Of a stretch of DNA of 64,000 bases, positions 39,449 through 50,134 are shown in pieces (within the stretch, counting starts at the first letter, position 1; the number at the start of each line of letters is the position of its first letter). The DNA is from Polyangiaceae bacterium (GTDB lineage: Bacteria; Myxococcota_A; Polyangia; Polyangiales; Polyangiaceae), in assembly GCA_044376115.1 (NCBI GenBank), contig JBILLK010000002.1:320001-384000 (forward strand), read 5' to 3'. The position numbers and the translations under genes are program-made. The notes beneath the pieces are model-generated. The model saw only the letters and a program-made list of their open reading frames with translations, made no database searches and had not been told where the DNA came from.

Positions 39449-39463
39449 GCGAGTTTGCCGAAC

Positions 39464-40489
39464 TCAGCCCTTGAGGCGCTCGATCACAGCGTCGGTGAAG
39501 GCGTCGGTGCCGAGCTCTCCGCCCAGGTCCTTCGTCTTTTGGCCGTCCATGATCGCCTTCTCGTAGGCCTGCTTGATCGCGGCGGACTGCGCGCCCGCCT
39601 TGGCGTCGTCGCGCTCGATCGAGATGTGCTCGAGCATCATCTGCGCGCTCATCAGCAGGGCGAGCGGGTTGGCGATGCCTTTGCCGACGATGTCCGGCGC
39701 GGAGCCGTGCACGGCCTCGAACACGGCGGCGTGTTCACCGAAGTTGGCACCGGGGACGACGCCGAGACCGCCGACGAGGCCGGCGCAAAGATCGCTCATC
39801 ACGTCGCCGTAGAGGTTCTCGAGCAAGAGGATGTCGAAGCGCTTGGGCTCCTGCACGATCTTCATGCAGCCGGCGTCGATGATGACTTCTTCGTACTCGA
39901 TGTTCGGGTACTCGTGCTTGTGCACGTTGCGCGCGCACTTGATGAACAGGCCGTCGGTCAGCTTCATGATGTTGGCCTTGTGCATGGCCGTGATCTTCTT
40001 GCGCCGATTGAGCGTGGCGTAGCGGAAGGCCCAGTGCGCGATGCGGCTGCAAGCCACCTCACTGGCGACCTTCATGCTCATGACGACGCCGGGGAGCACC
40101 TCGTTCTCGACGCCGCTGTAGAGGCCCTCGGTGTTCTCGCGCACGATGATGATGTCGACGTCGTCGTAGCGGGTCTTGATGCCGGGCAGGCTCTTGACCG
40201 GACGCACGGCGGCGTACAGGTTGAGCCGCTTGCGCAAGGTGACATTGACCGAGCGGAAGCCTTCACCAACCGGCGTTGAACAAGGCCCTTTGAGCGCGAG
40301 CTTGTAATGCTCGATCGCCTCGAGCGTCTCGTCGGGCATGGTGTCCCGGCCTTTGGCCAAGGCGGCGACGCCCGCTACGTGTTCGTGCCACTCGATGTCA
40401 CAGCCTGCAGCGGCCAGGATCTTGCGCACGCTGTCCGAAATGCTCGGACCAATTCCATCCCCCGGGATGAGTACGACATGATGGGTCAT
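39464..40489 (-). CDS. icd: Isocitrate/isopropylmalate dehydrogenase family (NAD-IDH-like)
   Basis: IPGDGIGP, RSVNVTLRK, RENTEGLY, HKANIMK, NLYGDVMSDL and EAVHGSAPDI motifs. Confidence 0.9.
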   Translation of the reverse strand: MTHHVVLIPGDGIGPSISDSVRKILAAAGCDIEWHEHVAGVAALAKGRDTMPDETLEAIEHYKLALKGPCSTPVGEGFRSVNVTLRKRLNLYAAVRPVKSLPGIKTRYDDVDIIIVRENTEGLYSGVENEVLPGVVMSMKVASEVACSRIAHWAFRYATLNRRKKITAMHKANIMKLTDGLFIKCARNVHKHEYPNIEYEEVIIDAGCMKIVQEPKRFDILLLENLYGDVMSDLCAGLVGGLGVVPGANFGEHAAVFEAVHGSAPDIVGKGIANPLALLMSAQMMLEHISIERDDAKAGAQSAAIKQAYEKAIMDGQKTKDLGGELGTDAFTDAVIERLKG

Positions 40490-40606
40490 AAGGCCGCGTA
40501 GCCTAGTCCTTGTTGGCGGTCACTTGAAGCCGCTTCAACCAATCGTGGCGCACGAATTGCCGCTTGAGGCTTGAAGTTGGTCGGCTGGCGGGACTAAGAG
40601 CTGCCC

Positions 40607-41197
40607 ATGGCCAAACACGACATCGTGCGAGCAGGTCATCCGGTGCTGCGTGGGGTGGCGGAGGTCGTGGCGGAGGAGGAGTTCGGCTCCAAGTCGCTGC
40701 GTGAGCTGGTCAAGACCATGGTGGAGGCCATGCGGCGCGCGCCCGGGGTAGGGCTGGCAGCGCCTCAGATCGGCGTAGCCAAGCAAGTGATCGTGCTGGA
40801 AGACGCGGAACGCTTGATGGCGGCGCTCAACCTGGAGCAGCGCAAAGCACGTGGCCGCGTGCCGTTCACCTTGCGCACGCTGATCAACCCAAGCCTCGAG
40901 CTGCACGGCGAGCCGGACACCGTCTTCTTCGAGGGCTGTCTGAGTGTGCCCGGCTTCAGCGCGTTGGTACCGCGGCATTTCCGCGTCACCGTGCGCGGCC
41001 GCGATGAAAAAGGCGACGCCGTGGAGTGGACGACCGAAGGCTGGCCCGCGCGCATCTTGCAACACGAGATCGATCACTTGAACGGCGGCCTTTATGTGGA
41101 CCGCATGCTGTCACGCACCTTCGGCGTGAATGACGAAGTGGCCCAACGTTGGCAGCTGCTTTCGCCGGCCGACGTGCGCGAGAAGCTGCGTGCGTGA
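40607..41197 (+). CDS. def: Peptide deformylase
   Basis: GVGLAAPQIG, EGCLS and QHEIDHL motifs. Confidence 0.97.
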   Translation: MAKHDIVRAGHPVLRGVAEVVAEEEFGSKSLRELVKTMVEAMRRAPGVGLAAPQIGVAKQVIVLEDAERLMAALNLEQRKARGRVPFTLRTLINPSLELHGEPDTVFFEGCLSVPGFSALVPRHFRVTVRGRDEKGDAVEWTTEGWPARILQHEIDHLNGGLYVDRMLSRTFGVNDEVAQRWQLLSPADVREKLRA

Positions 41198-41423
41198 GCC
41201 GCGCCAGCGGCTGGCGACGGCGGCCGAACTCGATCGGCTACCCGACGTGCGGGACGGTCTTTCGCGCCTCGAGCGGGTGATCTTGTGGCAGCACCACGAG
41301 CTCGAGAAAGAGCGCCCCGGTCGCGCGGTGCCCACGGCCATGTTGTACGGCCGCGTGGTCGAACACGTGCCGGTGAGCGTGCCGGAGTTTCAGCGCACGC
41401 TGGCCAAGCTGGTTGGCAAATAA
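41190..41423 (+). CDS. Small protein with GyrA-like LPDVRDGL motif
   Basis: Overlaps the def stop; RLPDVRDGLSRLERVILW. Confidence 0.65.
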   Translation: MREPRQRLATAAELDRLPDVRDGLSRLERVILWQHHELEKERPGRAVPTAMLYGRVVEHVPVSVPEFQRTLAKLVGK

Positions 41424-41428
41424 AGGCT

Positions 41429-42547
41429 TCAGCGCCAGGTGAGGGCGAAGAAGTCGCGCGTGCTCGGCTCTTTCCAATATTCGCTACGGGGTGCTTTGAG
41501 ATCGGTGAGCAGCGGTGAGCTGACGCTGAGTTCTCCGCCGGCGGCGGGCTGGTACATGATGAAGCGCGTGTACGAATAGTTGATGTCGAGCTCGGCCGCA
41601 TTTTGGATGCCCGCAGCGACGAGCCCATCGGCCAGCCACGAGGCGGTGAGGTAATCACCGATGGCGAAGTAGAGCGTGCGCCCATCGTTGCCGAGACCTA
41701 CGGCGCTGCGGCGAATCTCCTTGTTACCGTCCTCGGCGCCGCCCCACTTCTTCGCCTTGAACTCGTTCTCGGTGTCGAGGTTCTTCTTACCGTCTTCGAT
41801 CAAACACGGCGGGGTTTGGCGGAACCAACGGAAGCCCTCGAGCAAAGGCTGCATGCGCGTATGCGGGAAGACGCGGAAGGTTCCGTCTGCGAGGCGCGCG
41901 AAGGAGCAACCGTCGGCGTTGGCGGCCTGGGCGATCTCACCGTCTTTACCGATGCCGTGCGCGCCGTGGCGCTTTTTGAAGCCGCCGTTGAGCACGGCGA
42001 TCAGCTTGGAGAGGCGATCTTTGGCGACCAGGCCGGGCCTCTTGTCGCGCGGCATCGCGGTGCCCTCGGGCTCATCGGTGCCGAGGATCAGCTCGAGATC
42101 CAAGCGGCTTGTGTCGATCGCTACCAGCTGCACCACGACGAAGGAGCGGATCGGGTGGGGGCGCACCACGGTGGTGAAGAGCGGGGAGGCCGTGCCGGCC
42201 GGTTGATTGGCGACGGTGAGCGGCGTCCATTCACCGTCGCCCGGCTTCTTCGACCGTTCGTGAATCGGCTTGAGGTTAGCGGGCGGGAAGGGCGCATCCG
42301 ACGGCGGCTCCGCCTGCGCGACCGACGTGGTCGCAGCGCTAGGGCTCGCTGACGAGGCCGGGCACGGCGGGCACCCCGGCGCTGTTCCGCACATACAATC
42401 GCTGACCGGCGCGCGTGCTCGATCGCTCGGGGCGGCTGTTGGCGGCGGCACGCGCGCTTCGCTCTCTGGCGTCTGCGAGCTGCTGCAGCCGCCCGCGAGG
42501 CTCGCAAGAAGGAAAACGGCTGCCCAGCTTTGGTCGAGCTTCGTCAT
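41429..42547 (-). CDS. Lipoprotein, phosphodiester glycosidase (NAGPA)-like
   Basis: Lipobox AGGC; AVLNGGF, RRSAVG and AAELDIN motifs. Confidence 0.75.
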   Translation of the reverse strand: MTKLDQSWAAVFLLASLAGGCSSSQTPESEARVPPPTAAPSDRARAPVSDCMCGTAPGCPPCPASSASPSAATTSVAQAEPPSDAPFPPANLKPIHERSKKPGDGEWTPLTVANQPAGTASPLFTTVVRPHPIRSFVVVQLVAIDTSRLDLELILGTDEPEGTAMPRDKRPGLVAKDRLSKLIAVLNGGFKKRHGAHGIGKDGEIAQAANADGCSFARLADGTFRVFPHTRMQPLLEGFRWFRQTPPCLIEDGKKNLDTENEFKAKKWGGAEDGNKEIRRSAVGLGNDGRTLYFAIGDYLTASWLADGLVAAGIQNAAELDINYSYTRFIMYQPAAGGELSVSSPLLTDLKAPRSEYWKEPSTRDFFALTWR

Positions 42548-42664
42548 CGGCTTCCTTCTACCACCGAGCCCCACGCGATGCTGCAGCGGCAACGTTGGCC
42601 TGCTCGCCTCGGCCCACCCATGCGATTGACGCGCCCGCTTGTTCGTGAGCATTAGGCGCCCAGA

Positions 42665-43759
42665 ATGGCTCTTGAAGTTGGCATCGTCGGGCTCCCGAAC
42701 GTCGGGAAAAGCACTCTCTTCAACGCGCTCACCTCCGCTGGCGCGGCCGCGGCGAACTACCCGTTCTGCACCATCGAGCCGAACGTCGGCGCGGTGCCGG
42801 TGCCTGACGAGAACCTGCAGAAGCTGATCACCCTGATCAAGAGCGAGAAGATCGTCCCGGCGATGGTGCGCATCGTGGACATCGCTGGGCTCGTGCGCGG
42901 AGCCAGCAAAGGGGACGGCCTCGGCAATCAGTTCCTCTCGCACATCCGCCAGGTCGACGCGATTTTGCACGTCGTCCGCTGCTTCGAGAACGGGGACGTA
43001 ATCCACGTGGACGGCAGCGTGGACCCGATCCGTGACATCGACACCATCGACACCGAGCTGCTCCTCTCCGACCTCGACAGCGTGTCCGGCTCGCTCGAGA
43101 AGATGAAGAAGCTAGCCACGCACCAGAAGGATCTGGTGCCCACGGTGGACGTGCTCGAGCGTTGCGTGGACGCCCTGAAGCAAGGCAAGCCGGTGCGCTC
43201 ACTCGGCATCAGTGATCCGGTCGAGTTGAAGATCCTCGGCGGCTTTGGGCTGATCACGGCGAAGAAGGTGCTCTACGTCGCCAACGTTGATGAGTCGGAT
43301 CCGCTCGGGGAAGGCCCGCTCGCCAAGCGCGTGCGTGATCACGCCGCAAAAGAAGGCAGCGGCGTCGTTCCGGTGTGCTCCAAGCTCGAGGCCGAGCTCT
43401 CCGAGCTGAGCGGAGATGACAAGGCCGAGATGCTCGAGAGCCTCGGTATGAAAGAGCCCGCGCTCGGCAGCTTGGCGCGCGAGGCGTATCGGCTGCTCGG
43501 CATGACGGTCTACTACACCGCAGGTCCGAAGGAGATCCGCGCCTGGCAGATCCCGGTCGGTTGCCCGGCGCCCAAGGCCGCCTCAGTCATTCACACCGAC
43601 TTCGAGAAGGGCTTCATCCGCGCTGAGATCTACTCGGTGGAAGACCTGGTGAAGTTGAAGACCGAAGCGGCGATCCGCGCCGCCGGTAAGCTGCGAGTCG
43701 AAGGCAAGACGTACATCTTCCAAGAGGGAGACGTCGCTAACTTTCTCTTCAACGTGTGA
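42665..43759 (+). CDS. ychF: Ribosome-binding ATPase YchF
   Basis: [42 protein letters not shown] and [13 protein letters not shown] motifs. Confidence 0.98.
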   Translation: MALEVGIVGLPNVGKSTLFNALTSAGAAAANYPFCTIEPNVGAVPVPDENLQKLITLIKSEKIVPAMVRIVDIAGLVRGASKGDGLGNQFLSHIRQVDAILHVVRCFENGDVIHVDGSVDPIRDIDTIDTELLLSDLDSVSGSLEKMKKLATHQKDLVPTVDVLERCVDALKQGKPVRSLGISDPVELKILGGFGLITAKKVLYVANVDESDPLGEGPLAKRVRDHAAKEGSGVVPVCSKLEAELSELSGDDKAEMLESLGMKEPALGSLAREAYRLLGMTVYYTAGPKEIRAWQIPVGCPAPKAASVIHTDFEKGFIRAEIYSVEDLVKLKTEAAIRAAGKLRVEGKTYIFQEGDVANFLFNV

Positions 43760-45684
43760 GCTCGATCGGCGTAACCAAACTGGGCAAGTCCTTCGGGGCT
43801 CGCACGCTGTTCGAGGACGTGAGCTTGATGCTCACGAGCGGCAGACGCTACGGCCTGGTCGGAGCCAACGGCTCCGGCAAGTCCACCTTCATGCGCATCC
43901 TGGCTGGGGATGAGCTGGCCACCGACGGGGAGATCCACCTGGCGAAAGGCGCGCGGCTCGGCGTCCTTCGACAGGACCGCTTCCTCGACGCCGAGGCGCT
44001 GGTGGTCGAGCTGGCGATGGCCGGCGATGAAGAGGTCACGGCGCTGATCAAGGCGAAGACGCAGACCGACGATCCGATCGCGTTGGCCGAGCTCGACGAG
44101 CGCATACGGCTGCTGGAAGGCAATACGCTGCGTGCGCGCGCCGCCTCGATCTTGTCCGGCCTCGGCATCCCCAGCGTGCGTCACGAGCGCCCGCTGGCTG
44201 AGCTTTCGGGCGGTATGCAGCTGCGCGTGTTGCTCGCGCAGGTCCTGGTCGGCCGGCCCGACGTGCTGCTGCTCGACGAGCCCACCAACCATCTCGACAT
44301 CCTCTCGATTCGTTGGCTCGAGCGTTTCCTCGCCGGCTTCGATGGTTGCACCGTGGTGATCAGCCACGACCAACGCTTCCTCGACAACGTCGTCACCGAC
44401 ATCCTCGACGTCGACTTCGAGAGCATTTGGATCTTCCCGGGCAACTACACAAACTTCGAGAAGGACAAGGCGCTGCTCGTCGAGCAGAAGGAGAGCGAGG
44501 TCGCTCGGCTCGAGGGCATCGTCGCTGAGAAGCGAGCCTTTTATGAGCGTTTCCGCGCCAAAGCGACGAAGGCTCGCCAAGCTCAAAGCCGCCTCAAGCA
44601 GATCGAGAAGATCGAGATCGAGGAGGTCAAGCCGACCAGCCGCCGTGCGCCCAAGCTGCTGTTTCAACCGGCCCGCGCCAGCGGTCGTGACGTGCTCACG
44701 GTCAAAGGCGTCGACAAGAGTTACGGCGAGAAGCGGGTGCTCAGCAACGTGACCTTGACGGTCCGTCGCGGCGAACGCGTCGGCATCATCGGCGCCAACG
44801 GCCTCGGTAAATCAACGCTCCTGCGCATCTTGGCCGGTCGCCTCGAGGCCGACCGCGGCGAGGCCGTGTGGGGCCACGAATGCAACGTCGGCTACTTCCC
44901 GCAGGATCACAAAGAGCTCCTGCCGGATCCGCAAAAGACGGTGCTGGATCAAATCTGGGAGCTAGTGCCGAAGGAAGGCACAGCCTTCGTACGCGGGCAT
45001 CTCGGGCGGGTGCTCTTCTCCGGGGACGACGTTAGCAAGAAGATCGAGTCGCTCTCCGGCGGTGAGGCCGCACGCGTGCTATTCGCCGGCATCGCGGTCA
45101 AGTCGCCCAACGTGCTCCTGCTCGACGAGCCCACCAACCATTTGGACGTCGAATCGATCCAAGCGCTCGCGCAAGCCTTGGTCGCGTTCGAAGGCACCGT
45201 GCTGTTCGTCTCCCACAACCGTTGGTTCGTCTCCGAGGTCGCGCAGCGCATCGTCGAGATCCGAGCCGATGGGATCGAAGACTTCCCCGGCACCTACGAT
45301 GAGTACCTAGCCAAAGCTGGGGATGATCACCTCGACGCCAAGGTCGTGCTGCAGAAGCAGAAGGCCGAACAAGGAACGAGCAAAGCCCCCAGCGTCGATA
45401 GCGGGTGGGAAGAACAGAAAAAGCGCCGCAACCGCCTCAAGACCGTGCGCGACAAGAGCCAGAAGGTGACCGAAACCATCGCCGTACGCGAGACCACCTT
45501 GGCCGCCCTCCGCCAGAGCTACTGCGCCGACGGTTACTTCGAGAAGACCCCACAAGCCGAGGTCGATCGCGTGCTCGCGGAAGAAAAGCGTTTAGCCGCC
45601 GAACTGGATGGTTTGATGGCCGAATGGGAAGCTTTCGAGCTCGAGATCGGAGAACTCGCGGCGCTGCTCGGCGAGACGGTCTGA
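43756..45684 (+). CDS. ABC-F family ATPase
   Basis: Two ABC domains ([29 protein letters not shown] twice), no TM domain. Confidence 0.95.
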   Translation: MSSIGVTKLGKSFGARTLFEDVSLMLTSGRRYGLVGANGSGKSTFMRILAGDELATDGEIHLAKGARLGVLRQDRFLDAEALVVELAMAGDEEVTALIKAKTQTDDPIALAELDERIRLLEGNTLRARAASILSGLGIPSVRHERPLAELSGGMQLRVLLAQVLVGRPDVLLLDEPTNHLDILSIRWLERFLAGFDGCTVVISHDQRFLDNVVTDILDVDFESIWIFPGNYTNFEKDKALLVEQKESEVARLEGIVAEKRAFYERFRAKATKARQAQSRLKQIEKIEIEEVKPTSRRAPKLLFQPARASGRDVLTVKGVDKSYGEKRVLSNVTLTVRRGERVGIIGANGLGKSTLLRILAGRLEADRGEAVWGHECNVGYFPQDHKELLPDPQKTVLDQIWELVPKEGTAFVRGHLGRVLFSGDDVSKKIESLSGGEAARVLFAGIAVKSPNVLLLDEPTNHLDVESIQALAQALVAFEGTVLFVSHNRWFVSEVAQRIVEIRADGIEDFPGTYDEYLAKAGDDHLDAKVVLQKQKAEQGTSKAPSVDSGWEEQKKRRNRLKTVRDKSQKVTETIAVRETTLAALRQSYCADGYFEKTPQAEVDRVLAEEKRLAAELDGLMAEWEAFELEIGELAALLGETV

Positions 45685-45764
45685 GGCTGGATCGGCGCTG
45701 GGCGAACGTACGGCCGCTGGGCCGCGCTCCCACGCCGCGACGCCGCGCTCCGACCCCGCCAAGT

Positions 45765-46181
45765 GCGACATTGCGCCAGGTCTCACCGTGACACCGGGCG
45801 ATCTGTCGCATCCTGCGGGGCCTCCGGCCGCTGGGCCGCGCTCCCACCCCGCGATCTGCGACATTGCGCCGAGTCTCACCGTGATACCCGGCGATCTGTC
45901 GCATCCTGCGGGGCCTCCGGCCGCTGGGCCGCGCTCCCACCCCGCGAGGCCGCGCTCCGGACCCGCCAAGTGCGACATTGCGCCGAGTCTCACCGTGACA
46001 CCGGGCGATCTGTCGCATCCTGCGGGGCCTCCGGTCGCTGGGCGGCGCGCACACAACGCCGACCGCGACATTGCGCCGAGTCTCACCGTGACACCGGGCG
46101 ATCTGTCGCACGATGGGGGCGAGGACCAGTGAGCAGTGCGACCTTGGGCGGAGCGATGGTTTATCGCGGGCCTGATGTCGC
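45765..46181. repeat. Four 45-bp palindromes (family C) in 93-114 bp tandem units, plus one family A copy
   Basis: GCGACATTGCGCC..GTCTCACCGTGA(C/T)ACC.GGCGATCTGTCGC at 45765, 45858, 45972 and 46065; family A-like 44-mer at 46138-46181. Confidence 0.9.
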
Positions 46182-46190
46182 AGCACGGCG

Positions 46191-47576
46191 CTACTCCGAG
46201 CTTCCAGCGATCGTCATCTTCGACACCCTGATCGTCGGCGAAGCAGTCGAGCTCTTGATCTCGAGATCATTTCCCACCGCATCGATGCGCTTGAGCAGAT
46301 CATCGAGGTTGAGCGAGATCGTGACTTCGTTCACCGGGAAGGCGAGCTCTCCGCGGTCGACCCAGAATCCGCTGGCTCCGCGGGAGAAGTCTCCGGTTAC
46401 GGGGTTGAAGCCGAAGCCCATCATCTCGGTGACGTAGAGCCCGCTGACGGTGCCGCGGATGATGTCGCTCGCTCGTTCGCCGGTGGGGCGGAGGATGTAA
46501 TTGCTGGTACTCGCTCCCACTCCGCCGCCTGCGCTGCGTGAGGCGCTGGCGGTGGACTTGCGACCGAGTTTGCGCGCGCTGTAGCTATCGCAAAGGATCG
46601 TGGTGAGTCGGCCCTTGTCGACGATCGTCCGCGGCGCGCATTCGATGCCCTCGCCGTCGAAGGGGCGCGATCCGAGACCGCGCGGCATCAACGGATCATC
46701 GTCGATCGTGAGCAGAGGGCTTGTGACGACCTCGCCCTCGCGGCCGAGCAAATAGGTCGATTTGCGCCAGAAGGCGCTGCCCATCGCGCAGCTAGCGAAC
46801 AGGCCGAGGATGCTGCGTGCTGCGTCGGGATCGAAGATCACCGGAGCCTCTTGCGTGTTCACTTTGCGCGCCCCGAGCTTGCGGATGGTGCGCTTGGCCG
46901 CCTGCTTACCGACGGCCTCGGCGTCCTCGAGATCCTCACGGAAGCGCTTGGCGGTGTAGTAGAAGCCGCGGCGTTTTTTGCCACCTGCGTCTTCGGCCAC
47001 CGGCACCACCGAGAGCGAGCTCATCGAGCCGGCGTAGCCACCGCGGAAGCCGGCGGAGAGCGCCATCGCGAAGCAGCCGTAGGAGCGCGAATAGGTCGCG
47101 CCGTCGCTGTTGGAGATGCGGCTGTCGGCGTCGCGCGCGGCCGTTTCACCGCGCTTGGCGATGATCAGCGCTTGCGCTGCGGTCACGTCGCCGGTGCGTT
47201 CGTCGTAAAGGTCCAGATCCTGCGGAGGGCCTTTCATGATCGCTTCGTCGTCGGCGGGGCCGGCAAAAGCGTCTTCCTGCGAGATGTCGACGAGTTCGAG
47301 CGCGTCGGCGATGAAGCGCTCCAAGCCTTCCGGCGACAAGTCGCTGGTCGAGGTGAGCGCGACGCGCTTCTGCTTCATCACCCTCATGCCGATGCTGCGG
47401 TGCGCGGCTTCCTCGAGAATCTCGGTCTCGCCCATGCGCACTTTCACCGTCAGCTCCGACCCCGAGCGCGCCCGAACCTCCGCGACTTCAGCGCCGCGAC
47501 TCGTCGCGCGCTTCATCACGTCTTCGGCCAGCTGCATCAGGCGGGCGACTTCCTCTTCAGGCTTCAAGTTACTCAT
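46191..47576 (-). CDS. pmbA: PmbA/TldE family protein
   Basis: GLGSRPFDGEG and GFNPVTGDFSRGASG motifs; no HExxH. Confidence 0.9.
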   Translation of the reverse strand: MSNLKPEEEVARLMQLAEDVMKRATSRGAEVAEVRARSGSELTVKVRMGETEILEEAAHRSIGMRVMKQKRVALTSTSDLSPEGLERFIADALELVDISQEDAFAGPADDEAIMKGPPQDLDLYDERTGDVTAAQALIIAKRGETAARDADSRISNSDGATYSRSYGCFAMALSAGFRGGYAGSMSSLSVVPVAEDAGGKKRRGFYYTAKRFREDLEDAEAVGKQAAKRTIRKLGARKVNTQEAPVIFDPDAARSILGLFASCAMGSAFWRKSTYLLGREGEVVTSPLLTIDDDPLMPRGLGSRPFDGEGIECAPRTIVDKGRLTTILCDSYSARKLGRKSTASASRSAGGGVGASTSNYILRPTGERASDIIRGTVSGLYVTEMMGFGFNPVTGDFSRGASGFWVDRGELAFPVNEVTISLNLDDLLKRIDAVGNDLEIKSSTASPTIRVSKMTIAGSSE

Positions 47577-47591
47577 TCGGGGGGGAGCCTA

Positions 47592-48134
47592 TCAGCCCAA
47601 GGATCGAACACGAGCATCAACCTTGCGCCGCCCGCTCGAAGCAGGCTTTCCGAGATCGTCGAGCGTTTGGCGGGTAAGCGCGACGGCCGCAGCGAAAGCG
47701 AGAAATGAGAGCAGAGAAGGCCCGAGCACCCAAACACCTCCTAACGGAAGAAACATGCTCGATCGAAGAAAAGTCAGCGCGAGGACGCTGAGCGCAAACA
47801 AGACCGCCGCTGCCAGCAAGAGCGCGTCAACGGTGCGGCCCACCCAGCGCGCTTGCACCGCCGCTCGGGTCGTCAGCGAGAAACCACCCGCAAGCAGGGC
47901 CGTCAACACGAGACCCAGGGCGAAGGCTCGGCTCTCTGAAGCGACGATGTTGCCGAGGCTCCAGCGCGCATCGAGCGCAACGCTGGTGAGCAGACTGGGT
48001 GCGACGCTGAACAGCGCAAGCAGGTTGAGGCAACGCAGTTTGGTGGGTTCGAGCGCGAGGCTACCGCTGCGCACCACCTTGGCGAACCAAAGGCCGAGGG
48101 CCAAAAGCAAGAAGGGCGCGATGAAGATGGGCAC
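47592..48134 (-). CDS. Hypothetical membrane protein
   Basis: Multiple hydrophobic helices. Confidence 0.65.
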   Translation of the reverse strand: MPIFIAPFLLLALGLWFAKVVRSGSLALEPTKLRCLNLLALFSVAPSLLTSVALDARWSLGNIVASESRAFALGLVLTALLAGGFSLTTRAAVQARWVGRTVDALLLAAAVLFALSVLALTFLRSSMFLPLGGVWVLGPSLLSFLAFAAAVALTRQTLDDLGKPASSGRRKVDARVRSLG

Positions 48135-48137
48135 GCG

Positions 48138-48638
48138 TCAGGGGGCGCAGGCTTCGGGCACGTCCACCTTCGCCGTTCGAAGCTGATTGCCGACGCGCTT
48201 CTTGGCGATGGCGGCGCTGCTGGCCGCGTCACAGCTCGAAGCGGCCGAAAGATAGGCCGCGCGTTGTTCCACCGGCGCTTCTTTGCCTAGGTCGCGCAGG
48301 GCCTCGCAGCAGGGCGCGGCCTCATCGGAGCGTGGCGCTTTGTTGCGGCTCTTCGCGCTCGCAGCGGAGGTCGGCTTCTTGGTCTTGCTGCCTTTGCTGG
48401 CCTTGGTCGACTTTGCGCCGGGCTCATCGTCGTCATCCTCAGCGGCTGGTTTGGCCGAACCATCCGCAGGGGCGTCTTTGCCGAAGCTCGTGGTAGCGGC
48501 GTACGCGAGACCGACCAGCGGCACCAGCATCAGCCCGCCGATCGCGATGCCGGGGAGCAGCCAAGAGCGCGCGCCAGAGCCTACGCGCCCGCGCGAAAGA
48601 GGAATGTGGATGTCGGAGGAATCATTCGGTGACGTCAC
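48138..48638 (-). CDS. Hypothetical single-TM protein
   Basis: TM helix, Lys/Ser-rich linker, small Cys domain (CCEALR...C...C). Confidence 0.7.
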   Translation of the reverse strand: MTSPNDSSDIHIPLSRGRVGSGARSWLLPGIAIGGLMLVPLVGLAYAATTSFGKDAPADGSAKPAAEDDDDEPGAKSTKASKGSKTKKPTSAASAKSRNKAPRSDEAAPCCEALRDLGKEAPVEQRAAYLSAASSCDAASSAAIAKKRVGNQLRTAKVDVPEACAP

Positions 48639-48654
48639 GAGCTTGCTCCATACC

Positions 48655-49248
48655 TCAAAAATCGAAGGCTCGTTGCGGGCGCCCAGTTTGGCGTCGCGGC
48701 GCTTGCGGTTCCGCCTCGAGCGAAAGCAATAGCGCCTTCGTGCGTACGCCGCCCGGCGCCGAAAAGCCGTGCAGCTGGCCGCGACTGTCGACCACGCGGT
48801 GACACGGCACCAAGAGCGGCGTTGGGTTGGTCGCCATCGCGCGGCCCACCGCGCGAGCCGCCGTCTTGCGGCCGGCGCGGGCCGCGAGTTCGGCGTAGCT
48901 CACGCGAGCGCCACGCTCGATGTCGCGCGCGGCCTCGTAGATCGCGCTGCGGAACTCGGTGAAGCCGGTGCGATCGAGCGGGAGCTCACGCAGCGAAATG
49001 GCCCTTCCACCAAGCGACGCGGCGATGCGTGCGACGGCGTTCTGCACCCAGGTCGGAGCAACCTCCGGCTCAACGTGGGGGAAATCGGCCTGCAGCCGAT
49101 GCTGAGCCACCTCGACGACCGCCCGCTGCGTTGCCGTCTCGGTCTGCGAGGGCAAGGCGATGGCGACGATGCCGTCGGGCGAATAGGCCAGCCCGGTGAC
49201 CCCGAGCGGAGTGTGAAAAAGCAAGTGGGCCAGCAAGGCGCCGAGCAT
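48655..49248 (-). CDS. ogt: Methylated-DNA-protein-cysteine methyltransferase
   Basis: SYAELA...RAVGRAMATNP...VPCHRVV. Confidence 0.95.
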   Translation of the reverse strand: MLGALLAHLLFHTPLGVTGLAYSPDGIVAIALPSQTETATQRAVVEVAQHRLQADFPHVEPEVAPTWVQNAVARIAASLGGRAISLRELPLDRTGFTEFRSAIYEAARDIERGARVSYAELAARAGRKTAARAVGRAMATNPTPLLVPCHRVVDSRGQLHGFSAPGGVRTKALLLSLEAEPQAPRRQTGRPQRAFDF

Positions 49249-49403
49249 AGTCCAAGCGAGCCCCCTTTTGTTCGAAGAGGCCGGCGCTAGCAGAAGGATT
49301 GTCGGTCGGCGTAACTCGTGGCAAAGCTCAGCGAGCTGCCTCGCAGCCGATGCCCGGTTGAATCGAGCCGGCGTTGTCCTCGTCCAAGCTGGCTCGGAGC
49401 CCC

Positions 49404-50099
49404 ATGAGCGAAATCGTTTCGAAGATCGTACTTCCCCGACGCTTGTTCCTCTTCGGCCTAGCGGGCCTTGCCGCTGTCGCGGCGCTTCCTGCCGCGGACG
49501 CGCAGGCGGCCAAGCTCACGGCCAAGGATATCGCGCAGAAAGTGCAAAAGTTCTACGACGGAACCACCACCTTCCGCGCAGGCTTTACCCAGGTCTACTT
49601 CATCAAAGTCCAAAACAAGAAGAAGGAGTCCAAGGGCAACGTCGTGTTCGAGAAGCCCGGTAAAATGAGCTTCCACTACGAAGAGCCCAACGGCAACCGC
49701 GTCGTCTCCGATGGCAAGGTGATCAAGGTCTACGAAAAAGACGCCGAGCAGATGTACGAGAGCCCGGTCGAGAAGTCGCAATACCCGGCGGCGCTTGCCT
49801 TCTTGTTGGGCGAGGGCAAGCTCGAGAAGGACTTCAAGCTCAAGCTGCTGGACTCGGCGACGATGAAGTTCGAGGGCGGCTGGGTGCTCGAGTGCGTGCC
49901 CAAAGAGGCCTCGCCGGCCTACCAAAAGATGCTTTTGTATGTGGACGGCGCGACGGCTCAGGTGCGGCGCGTGCTCATCATCGACGCGCAGGGCAACCGC
50001 AACCGCTTCGACTTCGTCGAGCCGGTGGTGAACAAGCCTGTCGAGGCGAGCGAGTTCGAATTCACGCCGCCCAAAGGGACGAAGATCATCAAGCCGTGA
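49404..50099 (+). CDS. lolA: Outer-membrane lipoprotein carrier LolA family
   Basis: Signal peptide; FRAGFTQ, KPGKMSFHY and VVSDGKVIKVY motifs. Confidence 0.9.
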   Translation: MSEIVSKIVLPRRLFLFGLAGLAAVAALPAADAQAAKLTAKDIAQKVQKFYDGTTTFRAGFTQVYFIKVQNKKKESKGNVVFEKPGKMSFHYEEPNGNRVVSDGKVIKVYEKDAEQMYESPVEKSQYPAALAFLLGEGKLEKDFKLKLLDSATMKFEGGWVLECVPKEASPAYQKMLLYVDGATAQVRRVLIIDAQGNRNRFDFVEPVVNKPVEASEFEFTPPKGTKIIKP

Positions 50100-50105
50100 C
50101 GTCGT

Positions 50106-50124
50106 TCGCGCGAGCTTCGCGCGA
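50106..50124. terminator. Possible hairpin between convergent lolA and ruvC
   Basis: TCGCGCGA-GCT-TCGCGCGA stem-loop; no clear U-tract. Confidence 0.35.
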
Positions 50125-50134
50125 GTGAGCGTTC

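Noticed and set aside
45437..46437. ORFs with repeated peptides across 45.7-46.2 kb
   Set aside because: They run through the intergenic palindromic repeat cluster, with no coding signature.
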